Positions 45,301 to 53,267 of a stretch of 64,000 nt of DNA are shown one piece after another. The stretch lies in assembly GCA_049314455.1 (NCBI GenBank), contig JBMOFC010000007.1:631-64630 (forward strand), written 5' to 3'. The notes under the pieces were generated by a model. It worked only from the letters and a program-made list of their open reading frames with translations. It ran no database searches and had not been told where the DNA came from. Both the position numbers and the translations under genes were made by a program. The stretch comes from Chthoniobacterales bacterium (GTDB lineage: Bacteria; Verrucomicrobiota; Verrucomicrobiia; Chthoniobacterales; UBA6821). Position 1 is the stretch's first letter, and every line of letters begins with the position of its first letter.

Positions 45301-45929
45301 AGAATAATAAAATCGTGGTAACGGTATGCAAGAAGACATTCTTCTTTTGGGACATCTCGAAGTCCTACATCGTAATAACTCGGGTGTCCGAAGCTCAGTT
45401 TTTCTAGCTGAGAGGAACTATCTTGGGTTTGTGTTGTTTCTGTTTCCTCATTGGCATTGAGTTGATAAACGATATCAATAGCTTGGCCGGCCATGCCAAG
45501 TTTTGTCATGAAATCATAATACGTGGCAACCTGTTCCTCCTTCATGCCAGAGCGGAAAATAAGATCATATAGTTGAACTCCTAGAAGAATCTTGCGATCG
45601 TTATTCAGACTGTTAGAGAGTTTTCCTGCCATGGCAGAAAGATCCTGTTGTTCTTCGAGTGCTTGACGAAAAAGCTGGCGAAGCTCCGAGTAGACGACTT
45701 CAGGATAGTCATAACGTAAAAATCCAAGGATAGAGTCAATTTCCTCTTCAAGCATTTCTCCATCAATTTGCGTAAAGGCAGCCAACACTTTGATGAGTGT
45801 TGGCAAGAGGTTAGGCGCTTCCGTAACCGTGCGAGGCTTGCGCCGCAAACGCCTCCAACCTCTATGGAGCGCATATTGTGTGCGCGAAAGAAATCTCAAT
45901 CCTTTTTCAAGAACGTGTTGTAGTATCAT
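42348..45929 (-). CDS. Multidomain ABC transporter: TerB-like N-domain, degenerate FHA-like modules, ABC ATPase, ABC-2/ABCG-type permease
   Basis: 1193 aa with Walker A GASGSGKST, signature LSGGERKRLNIG and Walker B VYLFDEPTSGLS. The C-terminus has ~6 TM segments. The N-terminus KVLAAFTQIDGEMLEEEIDSILGFL looks TerB-like. The beta-rich modules between show FHA-like strand patterns but lack the canonical GR / SxxH residues. Confidence 0.75.
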   Translation of the reverse strand: MILQHVLEKGLRFLSRTQYALHRGWRRLRRKPRTVTEAPNLLPTLIKVLAAFTQIDGEMLEEEIDSILGFLRYDYPEVVYSELRQLFRQALEEQQDLSAMAGKLSNSLNNDRKILLGVQLYDLIFRSGMKEEQVATYYDFMTKLGMAGQAIDIVYQLNANEETETTQTQDSSSQLEKLSFGHPSYYDVGLRDVPKEECLLAYRYHDFIILKNKTERAIIVQGRLLKPQEFCRIYPGQRILVGEQVITSQDLVFYFNAKKNVSLPHLFVAISKKEVRLDKARNRDSSLEVSFGLKVQVTALQNLEATLGGIPLKKGVHLQAQLDDRILFTNGGELNFNDLKRHVRSFGGRFPLRASKSEYLVSNNPGLLEENDILLSHGSGGEVLLKISCNYPERTGYIQVLQADRPIIVHDLPVRNGAPLVDGDTIGINPGQVLRCNFTDRIIEEERNIIHRLEIKDVLCRFPNGDIALDNLNFAVERGEMICVMGASGSGKSTLLRAVAGDFQPAQGEVRLNDHSLYAQYEMLRQYITYIPQYEAFDEQLTIEENLSFAAALRAPHLSRRERARRIDSKLAELGLNERRKNVVGDTHQKILSGGERKRLNIGLDMISTADVYLFDEPTSGLSSKDSEHVMEIIRGIAHNKIVLVTIHQPTSKLFQMFQKALLLDRGGKLVFFGTPVEMLSYFAEAEHEQLFGTELGGCKACGSTRPEFVFDVLETPLRDLSGDLIYQENNRGQLVPARRFSPDYWRDKFETHRLMKEVQHSLGASKPLSRTLDANSAPLMMPQWEPQRWRDEVSQFLILLQRSFISKLRNRANLLTTLVEAPLLAFLIGAVLRYSEGNSYDFASAFHIPTYFFLSLVVAMFLGLTNSVDDIIHDRPVLLRERNLNVRLGYYVFAKASTLGIFAIAQCALFTLIGNEMLGIRGFFNIEFIAMFLTAFSGISLGLLISSLASEGKTAVNIIPIVLIPQIILGGALIKYEEMNRNLDFIYSIQQWFNHHPDSAIEPHSDLQVPFICEFMPMRWSYEALIYAQAKLNPLSVRQSRIQNQINQIAAIKNPTDAQLDRLDDLKELLAILSGLTGKTAAEVDYRLSLIDKVIQGAPFSRKNLVSRHTGVNIEQLYTNQKMVDLVSKAEMEQADYRDHRHPNVFFGPIKYYLGLTIDILTFNVGVILISTLSAFFALYFILKRQIKVGTH

Positions 45930-46110
45930 GAAGTTTTATAAATAATGGTGATTAGCAACGTTCCGTTGGCTGCAAGAAGATAAAAGTTAGGAGATAGAAG
46001 ATGGAAATTCACGTTTTAGGCTAAAATAATATTTACCTAAATTCCATCTTCCATGATCAACGTTATTGGTGACGTTGGTACTTATGCCAAATCACACACA
46101 CAAACTCACT

Positions 46111-46749
46111 ATGAATATTTCTGATGCTATCTTAAATCGTCGTGCCATCAAACATTACGATCCGAATTATCACGTGTCGGAAGAGGAAATTCAAAAATTG
46201 CTTTTCTTAGCGATGCAGTCTCCAACGGCATTTAATATCCAGCATTGGCGCTTTGTCCTGGTGCGTGATCCAGAAATACGAAAGCAAATAAGAGCTGTGG
46301 CTTGGGATCAAGCCCAGATCACAGATGCATCGTTGTTGATTGTGCTGTGTGCCAAGCTTTCTGCATGGGAAGAACCACAGCGCTATTGGAAAAATGCACC
46401 ACAAGCTGTTCAAAATTTTATTATTCCTTCGGTCTTGGAATATTACCAAGGCAAACCGCAGGTCATTCGCGATGAAGCAATGCGTTCTTGTGGTTTGGCA
46501 GGACAAACCATCATGCTTGCCGCTCAGGAAATGGGACTTGATTCATGTCCCATGGATGGATTCGATTTTGAAGCTGTCGGGAAAATGATAAACCTACCTG
46601 AAGATCATCTCATTAGCTTCATGATTGCTGTCGGTAAAAAAACCAGCGATGCCTGGCCGAAGCCTGGGCAGATTGAGTACAAGGAGGCGGTGATTGTAGA
46701 TCGGTTTTTACCTATTCAAGGAACGAGTCCAGTTGAAGTGAAAAGTTGA
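46111..46749 (+). CDS. NAD(P)H nitroreductase family protein
   Basis: MNISDAILNRRAIKHYD...QSPTAFNIQHWRFVLV... is a typical nitroreductase fold signature. Start is placed at ATG 46111. Confidence 0.8.
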   Translation: MNISDAILNRRAIKHYDPNYHVSEEEIQKLLFLAMQSPTAFNIQHWRFVLVRDPEIRKQIRAVAWDQAQITDASLLIVLCAKLSAWEEPQRYWKNAPQAVQNFIIPSVLEYYQGKPQVIRDEAMRSCGLAGQTIMLAAQEMGLDSCPMDGFDFEAVGKMINLPEDHLISFMIAVGKKTSDAWPKPGQIEYKEAVIVDRFLPIQGTSPVEVKS

Positions 46750-46770
46750 AGTTGAAGTAGCAAAAAAGCG
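46731..46770 (+). repeat. Purine-rich GTTGAAG-type motif overlapping the nitroreductase stop
   Basis: AGTTGAAGTGAAAAGTTGAAGTTGAAGTAGCAAAAAAGCG. Its last 24 nt are complementary (23 of 24) to 47408-47431. Confidence 0.75.
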
Positions 46771-46840
46771 AATTCATTCAGAAAGTGGTCATTTCATTTT
46801 GGTCGAAGGATTCATTTTTCCTACAGCCTGCAACCTGATG

Positions 46841-46993
46841 CCATTTCCATTAAATAACTGAACTATCTAACTTGTTCTTTTGGTCCTGAACTTCGTTGTT
46901 AGAGCTTACGTTATGAGGTGTATCGCTGCACTCTTCCGTCTTGCTCATGACCAAAATCCTACGTTATATAACCCAGTTATTTAATGGAAATGG
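46841..46993. repeat. Perfect 20-bp inverted repeat with 113-nt spacer
   Basis: CCATTTCCATTAAATAACTG (46841-46860) pairs with CAGTTATTTAATGGAAATGG (46974-46993). Confidence 0.85.
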
Positions 46994-46994
46994 A

Positions 46995-47101
46995 TTTGTT
47001 CCTGTGAACGGAGTGCGCCGTAGACTGCGGCCCAGCTACTCTGCTGAACGGGTGCTTTTTTCTGAAAGGTTAACCAAGGTGTATCCGTTCACAGGAACGG
47101 A
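46995..47101. repeat. 15-bp inverted repeat GTTCCTGTGAACGGA / TCCGTTCACAGGAAC with ~72-nt spacer
   Basis: The same GTTCCTGTGAACGG string forms a local hairpin at 25101-25120 and recurs at ~30089-30105. Confidence 0.8.
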
Positions 47102-47130
47102 TAAGGCGGCAGACTATAGGCTGCAGACTA

Positions 47131-47373
47131 GAGTATTTTAAAAAATTCTGTAGCCGCGTCTTGTGGTGTCACTCCGAACATCATCCCCGCGAAGGCGGGG
47201 ATCGCGTCTCCTCGAGTATCGCTGGCTACACTGCGGGTCTGCGCTCCTCGTTTGACTCGCTTTGCGAAGCTCACCTCGCCCTTGCTGGGCTGCCTAACGG
47301 CAGTCTGCCCGACCGACTCCCGTCGGGTCGTGTTCTGACAATGCACCCAACTACAGAATTTTTTGAAACGCTC
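47131..47373. mobile_element. MITE-like element, full copy (243 bp)
   Basis: Terminal inverted repeats GAGTATTTTAAAAAATTCTGTAG and CTACAGAATTTTTTGAAACGCTC. Internal modules are CTTGTGGTGTCACTCCG, the hairpin ATCATCCCCGCGAAGGCGGGGATC, and TCTCCTCGAGTATCGCTGGCTACACTGCGGGT. It has no coding capacity. Confidence 0.85.
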
Positions 47374-47407
47374 TAAAGGTAAAATGAGGCCTTAGGTAAC
47401 AAATTGT

Positions 47408-47442
47408 CTTTTTTGCTGCTTCAACTTCAACCTGAAACTCAA
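47408..47442 (-). repeat. Purine-rich GTTGAAG-type post-stop motif (sense with glnK)
   Basis: Minus-sense ...TTGAGTTTCAGGTTGAAGTTGAAGCAGCAAAAAAG begins 4 nt after the glnK stop. Confidence 0.75.
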
Positions 47443-47446
47443 TGCT

Positions 47447-47797
<351 letters not shown>

Positions 47798-47806
47798 TTA
47801 GCTGCT

Positions 47807-49255
47807 TCATCCATTCATAGTGTATCCTTCTTCTCCATGATCGCTGATATCGAGTCCTTGTGATTCAGCTTCTTGTTCTGGGCGTAGGCCAATCATACAT
47901 TGAACGATAAGGGTGATGATAAGACTCGCAATAACGGCATAGAGGAAAGTAATACCAAGCGCTTTTGCTTGAATCAACCAAATGGTTTTATTTTCTAGGG
48001 CGTGTTGCAGTCCATTTTGAAGTGTTGTTGGAGAAATAAGATGGGGGTTGACGGTGGCTGTAGCAAAAATTCCAGTTAAGAGCGCTCCAATGGTACCCCC
48101 GATTCCATGGATGCCAAAACTGTCGAGAGCATCGTCATAGCGGAATATTTTTTTCAAAGTTGTACAGGCAAAATAAGGAACGATTCCAGAAAGGAGTCCT
48201 ATGCAAATAGCCCCAGTACTATCAATAAAACCACAAGCCGGAGTTACTACTACGAGTCCTGCGACGGCTCCTGAACAAAAACCCAAGACACTTGGTTTGC
48301 CACGAAATAAAAATTCCATTATTGGCCATGTCAGACAACCAGTGCCTGCTGCAAGGGTTGTTGTCATAAAAGCATTCGTGGCAATGCTATCCACGGCGAG
48401 GGCGCTTCCAGCATTAAATCCATACCATCCAATCCAGAGGATCCCAGTACCTACCACCGTTAAGACAAGGCTATGCGGCATCATCGGCTCTTTTCCATGC
48501 CCCAAGCGCTTTCCAAGAATGATGCAGAGAACAAGAGCGGACCAACCGGAAGACATATGAACTACGGTGCCACCGGCAAAATCAAGCGCAGGAATCCAGG
48601 CTTCTGGATTCAGAAGCCCACTCATGAAGCCATTATCGCCCCAAACCATATGGGCTAGCGGAAAATAGACGATGAACATCCAAAAAAAAGTGTAGAGGAG
48701 TACTGCTGAAAATTTCATCCGTTCTGCACTCGCTCCGAAAATCAGAGCTGGCGTGATGATGGCAAAAGCCAGTTCGTAGATACAAAAAATATTTTGAGGA
48801 ATCCAATACGCATAATTCGTATTTGGTAGAGCCGTGACTCCTTGCAAGAAAAAATATTCCGAGCCTCCTAAAAAGGGAGAATGAAAGTTATGGCCAAACA
48901 CAAGACTGTAGCCAAAAGCCCACCAGAGGAGGGTTACAAGACCAGCGATACCCAAGCACATTGCTAAAATAGAAAGAACATTTTTTTGCCGGACGAGACC
49001 GCCATAAAAAAGAGAAAGCCCTGGAAGCACCATGAAAAGAACCAAAATAGCTGCCACCATCATCCAAGCTGTATGCGCGGGAGATGCTACTGCAGCGATT
49101 CCCGTGGGTGTTGGATCATCATTATGCAGCATAGCCTCTAAGTAAGAAAGGCGCTGCTCTGGGGTCGAGGGTGGCGTTAGTTTTTCTGGAATAGAAGCTC
49201 CTTGAGAGATTCCCATCACCAAGAATGAAAAAAGAAGGAGAGCAATAAGGCGCAT
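47807..49255 (-). CDS. amtB: Ammonium transporter AmtB
   Basis: 482 aa with signal peptide and 11 TM segments. Amt family motifs are present (DFAGGTVVHMSSGWSALV, GFNAGSA, DDALDSFGIHGIGG). Confidence 0.92.
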   Translation of the reverse strand: MRLIALLLFSFLVMGISQGASIPEKLTPPSTPEQRLSYLEAMLHNDDPTPTGIAAVASPAHTAWMMVAAILVLFMVLPGLSLFYGGLVRQKNVLSILAMCLGIAGLVTLLWWAFGYSLVFGHNFHSPFLGGSEYFFLQGVTALPNTNYAYWIPQNIFCIYELAFAIITPALIFGASAERMKFSAVLLYTFFWMFIVYFPLAHMVWGDNGFMSGLLNPEAWIPALDFAGGTVVHMSSGWSALVLCIILGKRLGHGKEPMMPHSLVLTVVGTGILWIGWYGFNAGSALAVDSIATNAFMTTTLAAGTGCLTWPIMEFLFRGKPSVLGFCSGAVAGLVVVTPACGFIDSTGAICIGLLSGIVPYFACTTLKKIFRYDDALDSFGIHGIGGTIGALLTGIFATATVNPHLISPTTLQNGLQHALENKTIWLIQAKALGITFLYAVIASLIITLIVQCMIGLRPEQEAESQGLDISDHGEEGYTMNG

Positions 49256-49538
49256 TGTAAAAAAGGTGTTAGAATGCGACGTTATTAACCATAATATCCC
49301 TCAAAAAGGAAGAAAAATTAATCGTAACAACTCAGGTATCTAAAAAAAGCAAGCTATCTCAAGTTCTTACGTTGTTATTATCGCCTATTTCTAGGTTTAG
49401 GGGATATTTTCCTTTAACTCCCTCAACAGCTGCATTAGCAGCGGCTCACCCCCTAAACAAGGAGTTTGGTAATAATTACTGACAAAGTTATCTTGTTTTC
49501 CTAAGGCCTCTTAAGTATCTACAATTAATCCTTCATTC

Positions 49539-50375
49539 ATGAATCAACCTCAGATCATTGGCATTGTTCTTGTTCGTAATGAAGAATGCTTTGTGGAGCA
49601 GGTCATCTGCAATATCTTCTCATTTTGTGATCGGTTGCTTCTTGTGGATCATGAATCTTCGGATGGAACATTAGCCATTTTACAACGCTTCCAACAAGAG
49701 CATCCTGAAAAAATAGCACTGCACCGCATTCATCATCCAAGAGAATCACACGAGCTTTTAAAACCGTTTGTGGGAACAAGAACATGGGTCTTTGGTGTTG
49801 ATGGAGATGAGCTCTACGATCCAGAACGGCTCATGCTTTTTCGAGAGAGGCTTTTATCTGGAGAGTTTGATCGCGAGTGGATGATCTTGGGCAATGTGTT
49901 GCATGTGGAGAAACTTGAGGGCGCAACGGCCGCTGGTTATTTGACTCCTCCAAGTCGTAGCATCACCAAACTCTATAATTTTGGAGCGATTGAATCTTGG
50001 GAGGGAGAAACACTAGAACGCCTCCATGGCGGCAACCCTGTGTTTCGTCCCGGATTTCATGAGCAAAAAAAAAGAAAGCTCTTTGAGGAAGAAGCCTGGG
50101 ATGCGGCTTCTTTGCGATGTCTTCATCTCTGTTTTATTCCACGTAGTCGTAACACCCTAACCAAAGTACGGAAAAATATTATGGAGACCTATTCCAGAGG
50201 TCTTGTAACCAGCATGAAAAATAAAATAAGGCTCCTAGCAAGGGACCTTTTAGGAGTATCGGAAGATTCCTCCTGGAAAAATGAGCACTATGCACGGGGA
50301 GAACGGCATGTTAAAGATGCCACACCTTTTTTAAAAAATACTCGCAGGAATGGAAGGGATGAAAAAATGAAGTAA
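49539..50375 (+). CDS. Family 2 glycosyltransferase
   Basis: IIGIVLVRNEECFVEQVI...LLLVDHESSDGT is a GT-A N-terminus; the DxD-like motif is VDGDE. Confidence 0.7.
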   Translation: MNQPQIIGIVLVRNEECFVEQVICNIFSFCDRLLLVDHESSDGTLAILQRFQQEHPEKIALHRIHHPRESHELLKPFVGTRTWVFGVDGDELYDPERLMLFRERLLSGEFDREWMILGNVLHVEKLEGATAAGYLTPPSRSITKLYNFGAIESWEGETLERLHGGNPVFRPGFHEQKKRKLFEEEAWDAASLRCLHLCFIPRSRNTLTKVRKNIMETYSRGLVTSMKNKIRLLARDLLGVSEDSSWKNEHYARGERHVKDATPFLKNTRRNGRDEKMK

Positions 50376-50523
50376 AGAGTGAAGAGTAAAGGGGGAAGAG
50401 CAACTCATTCCGCAATTTATTCCATCAAGTTTTACTTTTAGAAAAAATCCCTGCTTAAAAAATATGGATTCCTAAAAATTGCTTGCTTTCACTAGCTACT
50501 CTTTACCCTTTACTCTTTACTTT
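50368..50523 (+). repeat. Junction inverted repeat GT2 -> next glycosyltransferase
   Basis: GAAGTAAAGAGTGAAGAGTAAAGGGGG (overlapping the stop at 50373-50375) pairs with CTACTCTTTACCCTTTACTCTTTACTTT (50496-50523). The arms are imperfect and the spacer is ~100 nt. Confidence 0.7.
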
Positions 50524-50543
50524 TTCAGTCATCTTCCATCCCT

Positions 50544-51530
50544 GTGAATTTCTTTTCTCGTTCTTCTCCAGTAGCCACCGTGGCTATCAACCTCGCCCCC
50601 CGCTCTGGTTCTTGGGGTGGTGCCAATCAATGGACAACTCAGCTGAGTCGTTGGCTCAACTATCATGGGTGGGCTGTTCGTTATGATCTCAAGAAACGTC
50701 CTGATGTGATTGTGATGACTCATACGGGTCTTGCTGCTGGTACCAGCTTTGGTGTTCGTGACGTTTTAGAATTGAGAAAAAAACATTCTAACGTTCTCTG
50801 CCTCCATCGCATTAATGATAATGATCTTCGTAAAGACTCTTCAGAGATGGATCATCTGTTAGCCGAGAGTAACCAGGTTGCAGATCATACTGTTTTTGTT
50901 TCAAGGTGGCTTCGGGATCATCATGCGGCCCGTTGGTTTGATGCCTCAAAACCTCACTCAGTCATTACTCCCGGAGCCGATCCTCGTTTTTTTCATCCCA
51001 TTGGAAATCGTCTTCCTCACGCTTCTGAGCCACTTCGCCTAGTGACGCATCATTGGTCTGATAACTGGAAAAAAGGATTTGATATTTATCAGAAAATCGA
51101 TGAATGGATCGCAGCGCAGCATTTAAAAACAGATTTTCAACAATATGAACTCTGGATCGTCGGACGTTGGCCTCAGGAAATTCAGTGGAAGAGCGTACGT
51201 ACATTTGCTCCTCAATCTGGCCAAAAATTAGCATCCCTCTTGCGTCAGTGTCACGGTTATGTAAGTGCTTCCCGCTACGAACCAGGTGCCATGCATGTGG
51301 CGGAGGGATTACAATGTGGTTTACCCCTTCTTTATCATCCTGAGACTGGCGGCACGGTTGAGCAAGGGTTGCGCTATGGTATGCAAATTCAAGATGATTT
51401 AGGCGCCACACTCGCTCAGTTTGCCGAGCAACTCCCACTGCTCCGATCCAAGCTCCTCAACGATCCTCCCTCAGGAAGCAAAATGGCTTTTGAGTATCAC
51501 CAGCTAATCCAGAAAATGATTGTACAATGA
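50544..51530 (+). CDS. Glycosyltransferase (GT-B, GT4-like)
   Basis: C-terminal ...VSASRYEPGAMHVAEGLQCGLPLLYHPETGG matches the E-x7-E region. The start is uncertain: GTG 50544 lies in a repeat module, and GTG 50580 gives MAINLAPRSGSWGGANQW. Confidence 0.6.
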   Translation: MNFFSRSSPVATVAINLAPRSGSWGGANQWTTQLSRWLNYHGWAVRYDLKKRPDVIVMTHTGLAAGTSFGVRDVLELRKKHSNVLCLHRINDNDLRKDSSEMDHLLAESNQVADHTVFVSRWLRDHHAARWFDASKPHSVITPGADPRFFHPIGNRLPHASEPLRLVTHHWSDNWKKGFDIYQKIDEWIAAQHLKTDFQQYELWIVGRWPQEIQWKSVRTFAPQSGQKLASLLRQCHGYVSASRYEPGAMHVAEGLQCGLPLLYHPETGGTVEQGLRYGMQIQDDLGATLAQFAEQLPLLRSKLLNDPPSGSKMAFEYHQLIQKMIVQ

Positions 51531-53254
51531 AGAAACAGTTATTCCTAAAAGTTCACTTCATGCCAGGTGACGGCCACGGTTGGGCTCTGGATGAGGACCG
51601 GAGACAGATGCGTCAGGCTTTGAAGGGGATTGTTCATGAGACGACTCTTGCGAAAGCCGAGATCATTCACACTCCTTTTTGGCAGGGATTGAGTGTGGTT
51701 CATCCCGAAATTTTAAAAAAAGCTTTTATCATTGCCCATGCGGATAACCCTCCGTTTTTTTATTTAAAGCAACCAGAATTTTTACAAGGTCAGCAGCAGG
51801 TCGATCTCTGGGTAGCACGTTCCCAAGAGGCTCTTAAGCAGTTCCAAGAGCTGAATCTCCCGGTGACCTACATTCCCTATACGATTGATGAAACGCTATT
51901 TTTTCCGATCGAGGATAAAAAATTTTTAAGAAAAAAATTTGGGATTCCTGAAAAAGCCTACGTCATTGCCAATTTTCATCGCGACAGCGAAGGATCTAAT
52001 TTATCCACACCTAAGTTTCAAAAAGCTCCGGAGCTGATGCTGGCGATTCTCAAAAAGCTTCAAGAGCGAGGTGTTCCTTTTCATGTGCTGCTTGCAGGGC
52101 CGCGTCGTCATTGGATTCGTGAGGCATTGAAACGCGAAGTAATCCCTTTTACATTTGTGGGCAAAAGCGAGTTAGAGGGAGATGACTTTGGAATCAATAT
52201 TTTAAATCGCTCCACGCTCAATGAACTCATGAATGCTGCTGATGTGATGCTGATTCCATCACGTTGGGAAGGGGGACCTCAATCTGTGATGGAAGGTGCT
52301 GCTAGTCGATGTAAAATCCTAAGCACCCCCCTCGGCTTAGCTAACGACATTTTAGAGCCACGATCGCTTTATCACTCTATTTCGGAAGCGGTCGATCGTA
52401 TTGCGGAAGATCAAGAGCGAGATGTTTTGCAATCAACACTCGAGACTCAGTGGGAGCGGTGGCATCGTTCACATACTATGGAATCGATGTGTGAGGGTCT
52501 GAGGCAGCTCTATCAACAACTTTCTAAAAATGATTGTATGCAAAAGAAAAATGCTGCTCGAGGTTCTTGGATTCAGGCTTGCGGGCAACAATTGGTGCAT
52601 ACGATACGTAGTAGATGGCTTCCCAAAAAAAGGCTACGTGTTGTAGGATGGAACCACCAGGTTGGGCAGGATTCTGATTTAGATGCCATTTTTTGTGAGT
52701 TGGAAAAAATTCTTGAGGCATGTCACATCACACGGCAAGCCGCTACGGGCGAGGGAATCGAGTTTATTGGCTGGCCTGAGGAGTCTCTTCCTTCAGCCGT
52801 AAAAAATGGCCAACGTTTCCAGTGGGTTGTTCCTTCTTTGCCATTATCATATGTGCTTTCGGAGGCTGCTGTGATTACTCCCGCGGTTCAAGATAGTGTG
52901 AATCTAAGGCGTGCAGGTCTTTTAAATCCTACGATAGTCCTTCCTGTTCCTTTTTTTGAGTATGAAGAAAAAATAGCTTCGGACGAACCGTTGCTCGTTG
53001 AAGAAGGAGATAGTACTGCATCCATCAAGATTTGGAAAGCTATGGCTACAGGACGTCCGATTATTTATCCAGCATTGTCGGCTTATTACGAACAAGTCTT
53101 TCACGGAGGTTTTTCTTATAAAAATAAAGAGGAGATTCCCGCGCTCTTGGAAATAGCTTGGAAAGAGGCTCCAGAGTTGAGAATGCTCGCAAAAGTTCCA
53201 ACTAGGGAGTCGGCAAAAAAAGCCATAAGGCAATTATTGGGAAATCTTCTGTAA
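51527..53254 (+). CDS. Glycosyltransferase (GT-B, GT4-like) with additional C-terminal domain
   Basis: ...LIPSRWEGGPQSVMEGAASRCKILSTPLGLANDIL motif. It has a 4-nt overlap with the upstream gene; 575 aa. Confidence 0.6.
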   Translation: MKKQLFLKVHFMPGDGHGWALDEDRRQMRQALKGIVHETTLAKAEIIHTPFWQGLSVVHPEILKKAFIIAHADNPPFFYLKQPEFLQGQQQVDLWVARSQEALKQFQELNLPVTYIPYTIDETLFFPIEDKKFLRKKFGIPEKAYVIANFHRDSEGSNLSTPKFQKAPELMLAILKKLQERGVPFHVLLAGPRRHWIREALKREVIPFTFVGKSELEGDDFGINILNRSTLNELMNAADVMLIPSRWEGGPQSVMEGAASRCKILSTPLGLANDILEPRSLYHSISEAVDRIAEDQERDVLQSTLETQWERWHRSHTMESMCEGLRQLYQQLSKNDCMQKKNAARGSWIQACGQQLVHTIRSRWLPKKRLRVVGWNHQVGQDSDLDAIFCELEKILEACHITRQAATGEGIEFIGWPEESLPSAVKNGQRFQWVVPSLPLSYVLSEAAVITPAVQDSVNLRRAGLLNPTIVLPVPFFEYEEKIASDEPLLVEEGDSTASIKIWKAMATGRPIIYPALSAYYEQVFHGGFSYKNKEEIPALLEIAWKEAPELRMLAKVPTRESAKKAIRQLLGNLL

Positions 53255-53267
53255 CTCTAAAGATAAA

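Noticed and set aside
47128-47376. ORF-track entries inside repeat elements (47128-47346, 47161-47376, 55139-55429, 59826-60020, 29540-29824, 29987-30217, 33533-33793, 41281-41478)
   Set aside because: They lie wholly or mostly within MITE-like repeats or inverted-repeat arms. Their peptides are the repeat translations (IPAFAGMM, DSRLRENDV, SLQPPASSL), and equivalent ORFs appear on both strands. I treated them as non-coding.
49256-49538. Sigma-54 (TGGCAC-N5-TTGCW) promoter or NtrC sites upstream of amtB-glnK
   Set aside because: No GG-N10-GC element with the right spacing is seen on the minus strand upstream of amtB. The region instead holds a 9-10-bp inverted repeat (GTTTAGGGG ~49396 and CCCCTAAAC ~49451). 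The gene order amtB then glnK is the reverse of the common glnK-amtB, but I did not consider this noteworthy on its own.
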